Assembly (NCBI GenBank): GCA_035502475.1
Contig: DATJUJ010000034.1
Span: forward strand, 532 to 64,531
Length of the DNA: 64,000 bases
DNA from: Thermoplasmata archaeon
GTDB lineage: Archaea; Thermoplasmatota; Thermoplasmata; Lutacidiplasmatales; UBA184
Direction: 5' to 3'
Position numbers and translations under genes: made by a program. Below the pieces are notes generated by a model that ran no database searches, was not told the DNA's origin, and worked only from the letters and a program-made list of their open reading frames with translations. Of the stretch, positions 26,831 through 35,259 are shown piece after piece (position 1 is the stretch's first letter; each line of letters begins with the position of its first letter).

Positions 26831-28312
26831 CTACGCGCGCTTCTTCGGCGCGCCCAGGTGGACGAGGATGTTCTTGGTCCGGGTGTACGGCTCGAGCGCG
26901 CGCCGTCCCTGCTCGAACCCGAGCCCGCTCGCCTTGACGCCCGCGAACGGGGCCTGGGGGAAGGTGGTCGGGGCCTCGTTGAGGACGACCATGCCGGTCT
27001 CGAGCCGCCGGGCGATCGTGTGCGCGGTCCCGAGGTCGCGGGTCCAGACCGCGCCGAGCAGCCCGTAGGCGGAGTCGTTGGCGGCGCGGATCGCGTCCTC
27101 GGGGTCCGCGAACGACGTGACGGCGAGGACCGGTCCGAAGATCTCCTCGCGGACCGCCCGGGAGGCGGGCGGGACGTCCGCGATCACCGTGGGCCGCAGG
27201 AAGTTGCCGCCCGAGAGCGGGCCGTCGGTCGCCCGCGCTCCGCCCGCGACCACCCGGCCGCCGTCGGAGCGGGCGGACTCGATGTAGCCGAGGACCCGCA
27301 TCAGGTGGTCCGCGGAGACGAGCGGGCCCATCTCGACACCGTCCTCGAGGCCGGGGCCGAGCTTCAGGGACGACGCGATCGCCCCGAGCCGCTCGAGGAG
27401 CGGCGCGCGCAGGCTCTCGTGGACGAACAGGCGCGAAGCGGCCCAGCACATCTGGCCCGCGTTCCCGAAGATCCCGTAGCCGATCGCCTTCGCGGCCCGC
27501 TCGAGGTCGGCGTCGGGCAGCACGATCACGGGGCCCTTGCCCCCGAGCTCGAGGGTCGTCGGGACGAACCGACGCGCGGCGAGCTCGGCGATCCGGGCGC
27601 CCGCCTCACCGCTCCCCGTGAACGTGACCGATCGGCAGCGCGGATCGTCGACGAGCGCCTCGCCGATCTCGGCGCCCGCGCCGGCGACGACGTTGAGGAT
27701 CCCGTCCGGGATCCCGGCGGTCCGGGCGAGCCGGGCGAACGCGATCGCCGTGAGCGGGGTGAGGCTCGCCGGCTTCAGCACGACCGCATTGCCCGCGGCG
27801 AGCGCCGGAGCGACGGACCGCACGGAGAGGAGCAGGGGGTAGTTCCACGGCGCGATGTGGACCGTGACGCCGAGCGGCTCCCGGATCGTGTAGTCGAGCC
27901 GGGGGCCGGGCACCGGGATCGTCTCGCCTTCGATCTTGTCGGCGAGGCCGGCGAAGTACTCGAGGGTGCGGACGACGTAGGCGATGTCGCCCCGCGATTC
28001 CCGCAGCGGTTTGCCCATGTTGCGGGTCTCGAGCCGGGCGAACGTCTCCGCGTCGGCCTCGAGGAGCTGCGCGAGCTTCGTGAGCGCCCGCGCGCGTCGC
28101 GCCCCGTCGTCCGCCGCCCAGGCCGACTCGCGGAACGCGCGATCGGCCGCCTCCATCGCCGCGCGGGCATCGTCCCGGGTCGCCACGGCCGCGGAGGCGA
28201 GCGGCCGGTTGGTCGCCGGATCGAGCAGGACCCGCCGAGCGCCCCGCGAGCCCGGCACGTCCCGGCCCCCGATCACAAGGTCGTACTGGGTCGGCTCGCC
28301 GGCGTCCGCCAT
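26831..28312 (-). CDS. NAD(P)-dependent aldehyde dehydrogenase
   Basis: ELGGKGP, catalytic GQMCWAASR, FTGSGEAG and EEIFGPV motifs. Confidence 0.9.
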   Translation of the reverse strand: MADAGEPTQYDLVIGGRDVPGSRGARRVLLDPATNRPLASAAVATRDDARAAMEAADRAFRESAWAADDGARRARALTKLAQLLEADAETFARLETRNMGKPLRESRGDIAYVVRTLEYFAGLADKIEGETIPVPGPRLDYTIREPLGVTVHIAPWNYPLLLSVRSVAPALAAGNAVVLKPASLTPLTAIAFARLARTAGIPDGILNVVAGAGAEIGEALVDDPRCRSVTFTGSGEAGARIAELAARRFVPTTLELGGKGPVIVLPDADLERAAKAIGYGIFGNAGQMCWAASRLFVHESLRAPLLERLGAIASSLKLGPGLEDGVEMGPLVSADHLMRVLGYIESARSDGGRVVAGGARATDGPLSGGNFLRPTVIADVPPASRAVREEIFGPVLAVTSFADPEDAIRAANDSAYGLLGAVWTRDLGTAHTIARRLETGMVVLNEAPTTFPQAPFAGVKASGLGFEQGRRALEPYTRTKNILVHLGAPKKRA

Positions 28313-28360
28313 GTCGCGGTCCCCGGGAGCCGACCGTCCACTTAGCGGTTCGGGCGGCCG

Positions 28361-29500
28361 TCAGCCGGTGGGGTACGACCGACCCTTCCACGCGATCGGC
28401 CGCTTGCGGAGCTTCCGGACGAGCGAGGTACCGAACAGGGCGATGTAGAACCCGACCGCCACCGGGTAGAGGAGCCCGTAGGCGGGGCTCCCCCGAACCG
28501 CCCGGGTGAAGACGACGTGCTTCGCGAACAGGGCGCACCAGAGGACCGCGCCCACGGCGGCGACCGGTCCGGAGCCCTCGAGCAGGCCGACCGGGAGCAC
28601 CCCGAGCGGCAGCAGGAACAGGCCCACGAACCCCGCCAGGAAGCCGACCTCGCGGACGGGCGAGAACTCGGGGTCGCGGGTGTTCTTGAGGAGGCCCTCG
28701 AACATCTCGTGTCGGTCGCGGTACATCCGGGTCGTCCCGAGCTCGGGCCCCCACGCGACCCGCAGGTGGAGCCCTTCGGCCCGGTATCGCCGCGCGATCG
28801 CGACGTCCTCGTTGACCGCGGAGCGCACCGCCGCGTGGCCGCCGACCCGCGCGTACGCCGCGCGCGGGGTGATCCAGCACTGGCCGTTGGCGAACGCGCT
28901 CCGGGAGCCGGGCCGGTTCGTCCGCGGTACCCGGAAGTACGTGATCGCGACCTGAAGGAAGAACGGCAGCACGACCTTCTCCCAGAACCCGACCATCGCG
29001 ACCCGGACCCCGACGGACGCGAGGTCCGCGCGCTCCCGCTCCGCCCAGGCGAGCACGGTGCGGAGCGCGCCCGGAGCGAGGCGCACGTCGGCGTCGAGGA
29101 ACCACAGCCACTCCCCCTGCACCGCCTGTGCCCCGGTCCAGCAGGCCCAGCTCTTGCCGACCCAGCCGTCCGGGAGCGCCGGCTCGGCGACGCGCCGGAC
29201 CCGCGGCGCGCGCGCCTCGATGACGGCCCGGGTCCCGTCGGTCGACCCGCCGTCCACCACGACGATGTCGACGGCCGGATAGTCCTGCGCGAGGAGCGAG
29301 TCGAGGGTCGCCGGCAGGTCCGCCTCCTCGTCCCGGGCCGCGATGACGACACCCACCCGCGGGGCGGCCCCCGGGCCCACGCCGGGAGGCGCGGGATCGA
29401 GCTTCGGCATCTGGCGGCCCAGCCAGAGCGCGACGCCCTGGTAGACCAGCACGACCGCCGAGGCGCCGAGGATCCCAAGGGTAACGAGGAGCGGGAGCAC
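28361..29500 (-). CDS. family 2 glycosyltransferase, membrane-anchored
   Basis: VGVVIAARDEEADLPATLDSLLAQDYP...VVVDGGSTDGT and a DADV motif. TM helices at both ends. GTG start at 29500. Confidence 0.8.
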   Translation of the reverse strand: MLPLLVTLGILGASAVVLVYQGVALWLGRQMPKLDPAPPGVGPGAAPRVGVVIAARDEEADLPATLDSLLAQDYPAVDIVVVDGGSTDGTRAVIEARAPRVRRVAEPALPDGWVGKSWACWTGAQAVQGEWLWFLDADVRLAPGALRTVLAWAERERADLASVGVRVAMVGFWEKVVLPFFLQVAITYFRVPRTNRPGSRSAFANGQCWITPRAAYARVGGHAAVRSAVNEDVAIARRYRAEGLHLRVAWGPELGTTRMYRDRHEMFEGLLKNTRDPEFSPVREVGFLAGFVGLFLLPLGVLPVGLLEGSGPVAAVGAVLWCALFAKHVVFTRAVRGSPAYGLLYPVAVGFYIALFGTSLVRKLRKRPIAWKGRSYPTG

Positions 29501-29518
29501 CGTGCGCGTATCTGGCAG

Positions 29519-29528
29519 CTATTAAAGG
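29519..29528. promoter_or_regulatory. putative bidirectional TATA element (CTATTAAAGG)
   Basis: Only AT island in the 60-nt divergent spacer. Centred 24 nt from GTG 29500 (minus strand) and 37 nt from ATG 29561 (plus strand). Confidence 0.4.
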
Positions 29529-29560
29529 CACGACCGCTCCAGACGCCGGAGCGCTCGGCG

Positions 29561-31165
29561 ATGGGCACCGTGGAGCATCCGCGGGTCCGGCCCGGAGCGC
29601 TCGAGGACCGGCTCTACCAGCAGGCGATCGCCGACGCGGCGCTCGACTCCAACACGCTCGTCGTGCTGCCGACGGGGCTCGGGAAGACCGCGATCGCGCT
29701 CCGCGTCATCGCGGAGTACCTCCGCCGGGCGCCGACCCAGTCGGTGCTGTTCCTCGCCCCCACGCGCCCGCTCGTCGTCCAGCACGCCCGCAGCGTCGCG
29801 GCGGCCCTGTTCGCCCCGGAGCCGATCCCCCTCACCGGCGCGATCCCGCCGGAGCGCCGCGCGGCCCTCCTGCACCCGCCCCAGGTCGTGGTCGCAACGC
29901 CCCAGGTGATCGCGAACGATCTCGCCGAAGGGCACTTCCCGCTCGCGACGTGCTCGCTGATCGTCTTCGACGAGGCGCACCGGGCGGTCGGCGACTACCC
30001 CTACGTCGCGATCGGCCGGGCGAACCGGGAGGGGCCCCGGGCCCGGGTCCTCGCGATGACCGCCTCGCCCGGCGGCAGCCTGGGCCGGATCCAGGAGGTG
30101 TGGGCGAACCTCGGCATCGAGCGGTTCGAGTACCGGACGGAGCAGTCGGCGGACGTGCTGCCGTACATCCACGGGGTCGGCATCGAGACGGTCGAGGTGA
30201 CCGTCCCGCCCGAGGTCCGTCGGCTCGCGATCCTCCTCCGCGCCGCCGTGCAGCGGCAGCTCGACGTGCTGCGGCGCTTCGACCTCTTGCCCGCGGGGGA
30301 GGGCTCACGGCGGGCCCTCCTCGAGGTCGGCCGCGCGCTCCACCGACGGATCGACGCGGCCCGGCGGGGGACGGAGACCTCGGCGGCGGCCCTCTGGTCG
30401 GCCGTCACCGCGCAGTCCGCCGCGATGAAGGGGCTGCACGCGCTCGAGCTCATCGAGAGCCAGGGGGTCGAGGCCCTCCGGGAGTTCCTCGCGCGCCAGG
30501 ACCCCCAGCCCGGCCGCCGGGTGACGCCGGCCCAGCGGGCGTTCCTCGGCGACCCGGACGTCGTCGAGCTCCGCCGCGAGCTCGACCGCCTCACCCTCGA
30601 GCACCCGAAGGTCGCCACCGCCGTGCGGATCGTCCGGGGGGAGCTCACGTCCCGGCCCGAGGCGCGCGTGATCGTCTTCTCGCAGTATCGCGACACGGTC
30701 GACCGCCTCGTGGACGAACTGCGGAAGCTCGCCGATCCGGCCGTCCGCCCCGCCCGCTTCGTCGGGCAGGCTTCGCACGGCGACGACCTCGGGCTCTCGC
30801 AGAAGGAGCAGGTCGGCGTCCTGGACCGGTTCCGGGCCGGGGCCGTGAACGTGCTCGTCGCCACCTCCGTCGCCGAGGAGGGGCTCGACATCCCCGCGAC
30901 CGACCTCGTCGTCTTCTACGAGCCGATCCCCGACGTGATCCGCACGATCCAGCGACGCGGGCGCACCGGACGGGCCCGGACGGGACGGGCGATCGTCCTC
31001 GTCGCGGAGGGCACCCGCGACGTCGGCCTCCATCGGGCCGCCTTCGCCCGCGAGCGCCGGATGCACGCGATGCTCGAGCGGGTGCAGGCGGCCGCGGCCG
31101 GGGGCCGCGCGCTCCCGCCGCCCCGCCCGAAGCAGGTCCAGCGCGACCTCTCCGACTTCGCCTAG
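29561..31165 (+). CDS. Hef/FANCM-like superfamily-2 helicase (helicase module only)
   Basis: LYQQAI, PTGLGKT (motif I), DEAH (II), TASP (III) and QRRGRTGR (VI), with an inserted helical domain between the RecA lobes as in Hef. The protein ends about 60 aa after motif VI, with no ERCC4 nuclease or HhH2. Confidence 0.8.
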   Translation: MGTVEHPRVRPGALEDRLYQQAIADAALDSNTLVVLPTGLGKTAIALRVIAEYLRRAPTQSVLFLAPTRPLVVQHARSVAAALFAPEPIPLTGAIPPERRAALLHPPQVVVATPQVIANDLAEGHFPLATCSLIVFDEAHRAVGDYPYVAIGRANREGPRARVLAMTASPGGSLGRIQEVWANLGIERFEYRTEQSADVLPYIHGVGIETVEVTVPPEVRRLAILLRAAVQRQLDVLRRFDLLPAGEGSRRALLEVGRALHRRIDAARRGTETSAAALWSAVTAQSAAMKGLHALELIESQGVEALREFLARQDPQPGRRVTPAQRAFLGDPDVVELRRELDRLTLEHPKVATAVRIVRGELTSRPEARVIVFSQYRDTVDRLVDELRKLADPAVRPARFVGQASHGDDLGLSQKEQVGVLDRFRAGAVNVLVATSVAEEGLDIPATDLVVFYEPIPDVIRTIQRRGRTGRARTGRAIVLVAEGTRDVGLHRAAFARERRMHAMLERVQAAAAGGRALPPPRPKQVQRDLSDFA

Positions 31166-31605
31166 CGGCCGGTGCTGCCGAAGCCGCCCTTCCGGGCCCC
31201 GGTCCAGCGGACCCGGCCCGGCGCGAACCGGGTCGGGAGGTCCTCGACCAAGCGGACCTGCGCGATCCGGTCCCCGGCGGCAATGGGGTACGCGCCCGCG
31301 AACAGGTAGGTCAGCGGGACCCGGATCTCGCCCGCATAGTCCCGGTCGATCGTGCCGGGGGCGTTCGCCATCAGGACCCCCTTCGTGCTCAGCCCGCTGC
31401 GCGGACGCACCTCCAAGAACGTGCCGGCCGGGCAGCGCATCGTGAGCCCGGTGCGGACCAGCGTGACCCGGCCCCGCGAGAGGACGGTCGCCTCGGCGGC
31501 CGCGAGATCGAAGCAGGCCGAGCCGCGGGTCGCGCGGCCCGGGAGCGGGAGCTCGGGGAAGTCGGGCACGCGCTCCACGACGACCGTGCGGGCGCGGGAC
31601 GGCAC
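31162..31605 (-). CDS. dut: dUTP diphosphatase (trimeric dUTPase)
   Basis: GSACFDL, RSGL, GTIDRDYAGEI and C-terminal KGGFGSTG motifs. The start is set at GTG 31605, 24 nt downstream of the upstream gene's stop. Earlier parts of the track ORF are Arg/Pro/Gly-rich. Confidence 0.85.
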   Translation of the reverse strand: MPSRARTVVVERVPDFPELPLPGRATRGSACFDLAAAEATVLSRGRVTLVRTGLTMRCPAGTFLEVRPRSGLSTKGVLMANAPGTIDRDYAGEIRVPLTYLFAGAYPIAAGDRIAQVRLVEDLPTRFAPGRVRWTGARKGGFGSTGR

Positions 31606-31628
31606 GGCGGGGCGAGACGCCCGCGGGC

Positions 31629-32363
31629 TTAACGGTCGCCCGCGCGGTCGACCGCCTCGACGGCCGGTTCCGGGACCGCGCCCTCCGAGGCGAGCCACCG
31701 GACGACCAGCCGGCCCTCGGCGCGCCTCAGGATCTTCCCCAGCGCCGGCGCGCTCCGGCCGCTCTGCCGAGCGAGCCGGGAAAGCGTGATCCGCCGGGGG
31801 ACCGCGTAGTAGCCGAGGACCCACGCCCGCGCGAGGAGGCGGGCCTGGAGCGGGGTCAGGGAGGTCTGGCCGGCGTCCGCCACGTACGGCCGGCCGGACG
31901 CGCGCACGATCCGGTACGGGAACTGCTCCCGGTCGAGGCGTTTCAGCACGCGGCGCAGCGCCCGCTCCTCGCCCAGGAACGAGGCGACGACCTTCTCGGC
32001 GGTGAGGCGGAACGGGGCCGTCGGCGAGATCTCGCCGCCCGCGAGGGCGAGGAGGCGCCGGAGCCCTTCGGGGTTGCGTTGTCGGACCAGCAGGATGTAG
32101 TCCCGGGTTCGCGGGCGCCGCTCGACCAGCTCGAACGTCTCGAGGCCGTAGAGCGCCCGGATGCGGCGGGATTCTCGCTCGAGCTCGGCCGCGGAGCGGA
32201 GCGGACCGCGTCGCCGCACGCGCAGGAGCTGGAGCCGCCAGCCCTGTTCCAGGCGCAGCGTCTCGAGGAGCTCGATCTCCTCGTACCGGTCGAAGAGCCC
32301 GGGGGGCACCACCCCGAGGGCGGCCAGGTCCTCCGTGCGCACCTCGAGCGTGACCGACTGCAT
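31629..32363 (-). CDS. HTH_10 (bacterio-opsin activator-like) transcriptional regulator
   Basis: C-terminal LTPLQARLLARAWVLGYYAVPRRITLSRLARQSGRSAPALGKILRRAEGRLV is the classic HTH_10 motif. The N-terminal domain is uncharacterised. Confidence 0.8.
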   Translation of the reverse strand: MQSVTLEVRTEDLAALGVVPPGLFDRYEEIELLETLRLEQGWRLQLLRVRRRGPLRSAAELERESRRIRALYGLETFELVERRPRTRDYILLVRQRNPEGLRRLLALAGGEISPTAPFRLTAEKVVASFLGEERALRRVLKRLDREQFPYRIVRASGRPYVADAGQTSLTPLQARLLARAWVLGYYAVPRRITLSRLARQSGRSAPALGKILRRAEGRLVVRWLASEGAVPEPAVEAVDRAGDR

Positions 32364-32395
32364 CGCCGTGGGAGCGTCCGAGCCGGGGTTCCGAT

Positions 32396-33934
32396 ATGAA
32401 CCTTCACGCCGGCGCCCGCCCGTTTAATAAGCGCAAGGGTTCGGCGGCGGTCGTGCCGTTCCGATCGTTGGGCGACTTCCTCGCGACGCTCGAGCGCGAG
32501 GGGGATCTCGTGCGGGTGAGCCGGCCCGTCGCGCGCGACCTCGAGATCACCGAGATCTCGCAGCGCGTCCTGCGCCGCGACGGCCCCGCGCTCCTCTTCG
32601 AGCACGTGACCGGCGCCGCGATGCCGGTCGTCACGAACCTGCTGGGCTCCCCGCGCCGCATCGCCCGGGCGTTCGAGGCCCCGGACCTCGACGCGGTGGC
32701 CGAGCGGATCGAGCGGCTGGTCCACCTCAAGCCCCCCGGGGGCGTCCTCGGCGCGATCCGGGACCTCTCGGGCACGATCGAGGCGCTCTCCACGCTCCGC
32801 TCGCTCGCCCCGAAGCGGGTGCGCAGCGGCCCGGTCCAGGAGGTCGTGGAGCCGACGGTCGACCTCGATCGGCTCCCGATCCTCAAGTGCTGGCCGAAGG
32901 ACGGGGGCCGGACCGTGACGTTCCCGGTCGTCGTCACGAAGGACCCCGAGACGGGGGAGGCGCACGCGGGCATCTACCGGCTCCAGCAGTACGGTCCGGA
33001 CACCCTCGGCATGCACTTCCAGGTGCATCGGGTGGGGGCGAGCAACTACCGGAAGTGGGCGGCGCGCGGCGAGCGCATGCCGGTCTGTGCCGTCGTCGGC
33101 GCCGACCCCGCGGTCGTCTTCTCGGGGCTCGCGCCGGTCCCCGAGGGGATCTCGAACTTCGTCTTCGCGAGCTTCCTGCGGGGCGAGCCGGTCGAGCTCG
33201 CGCCCGCGAAGACCGTCGACCTCGAGGTGCCGGCGCAGGCCGAGATCGTGCTCGAGGGGTACGTCGACCCGACCGAGCGGCTCGTCGAGGGGCCGTTCGG
33301 GGACCACACGGGCTACTATTCCGCGCCGGAGCCGTTCCCCGTCTTCCACGTGACCGCGATCACGCGGCGGAGCGCGCCCGTCTACCTCGGCACGGTGACG
33401 GGAAAGCCGCCCACCGAGGACAGCGTCCTCGGGCAGGCCGTGGGCCGGATCTTCCGGCCGGTGATCCGCCTCGTCCTCCCCGAGGTCGTCGACCTCCACC
33501 TGCCGGCGGAAGGGTTGTTCATCAACGTCGCGGTCGTCGCGATCCGCAAGAGCTACCCGGCCCACCCGCGCAAGGTGATGCACGCGCTCTGGGGCCTGGG
33601 GCAGATGATGTTCGTGCGCTACCTCATCGTCGTGGACGCGGACGTCGATCCCCACGACCTCTCGGAGGTCCTCTACCGGGTGGGGCTCCAGGCCGACCCG
33701 GGTCGCGACTTCGAGCTCGTCCACGGGCCGGTCGACCAGCTGTCGATCTCGAACCCCGAGCCGAACCAGGGGGCCAAGGTCGGGATCGACGCGACGCGCA
33801 AGGGGCCCGAGGACGGGTTCCCCCGGCCGTGGCCGGAGGAGATCCGCTCCGACCCGGCGGTCGTCGCCTCGGTCGAGCGCACGATCCGGGAGGACCCGGT
33901 GCTCGCCCGCCTCCTCGGCCGGCCGGCCCCGTGA
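32396..33934 (+). CDS. ubiD: UbiD-family (prenylated-FMN dependent) decarboxylase
   Basis: LGDFLATLEREGDLVRVSRPV start region, YRLQQYGPDTLGMHF and GPFGDHTGYY motifs. An alternative GTG start lies at 32453. Confidence 0.9.
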   Translation: MNLHAGARPFNKRKGSAAVVPFRSLGDFLATLEREGDLVRVSRPVARDLEITEISQRVLRRDGPALLFEHVTGAAMPVVTNLLGSPRRIARAFEAPDLDAVAERIERLVHLKPPGGVLGAIRDLSGTIEALSTLRSLAPKRVRSGPVQEVVEPTVDLDRLPILKCWPKDGGRTVTFPVVVTKDPETGEAHAGIYRLQQYGPDTLGMHFQVHRVGASNYRKWAARGERMPVCAVVGADPAVVFSGLAPVPEGISNFVFASFLRGEPVELAPAKTVDLEVPAQAEIVLEGYVDPTERLVEGPFGDHTGYYSAPEPFPVFHVTAITRRSAPVYLGTVTGKPPTEDSVLGQAVGRIFRPVIRLVLPEVVDLHLPAEGLFINVAVVAIRKSYPAHPRKVMHALWGLGQMMFVRYLIVVDADVDPHDLSEVLYRVGLQADPGRDFELVHGPVDQLSISNPEPNQGAKVGIDATRKGPEDGFPRPWPEEIRSDPAVVASVERTIREDPVLARLLGRPAP

Positions 33935-34824
33935 GCGCTCCCGACCCCGCCCCGCGGGGCCGGGCGGCCGAGTGGGCCCGCTTCCTGGAACTCCAGAACC
34001 TGGGCCTCAACCTGCCGTTCGCGCTCGCCTTCCTCGTCCTCGCCTCGAAGGGCGTGCCGTCGTGGACGGTCGTCGTCCTCGTCGTGATCGCCTTCGTCGC
34101 CGCCCGCAACGCGGGCCACAGCTTCAACCGCTGGGCGGACCGCTTCCTCGACGCGCAGAACCCCCGGACCCGCGACCGGGCCCTCGCCGCCGGCCGGACG
34201 CGGCCCGGGGTCGCGCTCGGGATCGCCGCCGCCTGCGGGGCGGTCGTCGTCGTCGTCGCCTACCTGCTCAACCCGCTCGCCTTCGCCCTCGCGCCGGTCG
34301 CGCTCGCCCTGGTCTTCGGCTACAGCTACACGAAGCGGGTCTCGTCGCTCACGACCGCGTTCCTCGGCCTCGTGGAGGCGATCACGCCGGCGGCCGTCTA
34401 CGTCGCGGTCACGGGCACCCTGCCGCTCGCCGTCCTCCTCGCGGTCGGTGGCCTGCTCGCCTGGGGGACCGCCTTCGAGACCGTCCACAGCCTGGGCGAC
34501 CTCGTGAGCGACCGGGCGCTCGGCCTCTTCTCGATCCCGGTCCGCTGGGGGGTCCGGCGCTCGGTCGCGCTCGTGCCGGTGCTCCACGCCGTCGCGCTCG
34601 GGCTCCTCGCGCTGTTCGGGATCGCCCTCGGGCTCCGCCTCCCGTACTTCCTCGCGCTCGTCGCCATGGCGGCGGTCGCCGCCGGAGGCGACGTGGCGCT
34701 CGCCCGGGACCCGACGGCGACCCGCGGACCGTTCCGTCGGCACTTCGTGACGAGCGCCCTCTTCCTCGCGGGCGTGCTGGTCGCCGTCTTCGGGCCGTGG
34801 GGCGCGCTCCCGATGGGCGTCTAG
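33931..34824 (+). CDS. ubiA: UbiA-family aromatic prenyltransferase
   Basis: 297 aa with about 8 TM helices, an NAGHSFNRWADRFLD Asp-rich motif and a second DLVSDRALG motif. The GTG start overlaps the ubiD stop (GTGA). Confidence 0.85.
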   Translation: MSAPDPAPRGRAAEWARFLELQNLGLNLPFALAFLVLASKGVPSWTVVVLVVIAFVAARNAGHSFNRWADRFLDAQNPRTRDRALAAGRTRPGVALGIAAACGAVVVVVAYLLNPLAFALAPVALALVFGYSYTKRVSSLTTAFLGLVEAITPAAVYVAVTGTLPLAVLLAVGGLLAWGTAFETVHSLGDLVSDRALGLFSIPVRWGVRRSVALVPVLHAVALGLLALFGIALGLRLPYFLALVAMAAVAAGGDVALARDPTATRGPFRRHFVTSALFLAGVLVAVFGPWGALPMGV

Positions 34825-34846
34825 CGGAGCGGGCCCCGCTCCCGAC

Positions 34847-34856
34847 AGCTAAAAGG
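34847..34856 (+). promoter_or_regulatory. putative TATA box (AGCTAAAAGG) for 34884..35240
   Basis: AT island centred about 32 nt upstream of ATG 34884. Confidence 0.4.
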
Positions 34857-34883
34857 GTGCGGCCGGCTCCCCGGCCCGGGACC

Positions 34884-35240
34884 ATGCCGCAGGTGATGAT
34901 CGGGCTCTCGGCTCGCGACTACCGGACGACCAACGAGGTCTGGCGCCTCGCGAAGCGGCACCTCAACCCGGCGGTCCGGCGCCGCATCGGATGGCGCGGG
35001 CGCTCGAGCTTCCTGCGCGAGCTCATCCTGTTCGGCTTCGAGAAGGCGAGCGAGCGACCCGAGGAGTTCCTGAGGACCGTGCGCGACACCCACGACCCGA
35101 TGTTCGGCCGCCGCGGTCGCACCGAGGCGGGCGCGGAGAAGCGGGCCGAGCTGGTCGCGGCGTGGGCGGCGTTCTTCCCGTCGGCCCCACCGGCCGCCCG
35201 CGCCCGGCGCCGGGGCCCCCGGCTCCCCGAGACCGGCTGA
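34884..35240 (+). CDS. small hypothetical protein, possible ribbon-helix-helix fold
   Basis: 118 aa. N-terminal MPQVMIGLSARDY (beta strand) plus TTNEVWRLAKRHL and SSFLRELILFGFEKA helices resemble CopG/RHH. It has its own TATA-like island. The C-terminus is low-complexity. Confidence 0.5.
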   Translation: MPQVMIGLSARDYRTTNEVWRLAKRHLNPAVRRRIGWRGRSSFLRELILFGFEKASERPEEFLRTVRDTHDPMFGRRGRTEAGAEKRAELVAAWAAFFPSAPPAARARRRGPRLPETG

Positions 35241-35259
35241 CGGGACGTCGGGGCGAGGC

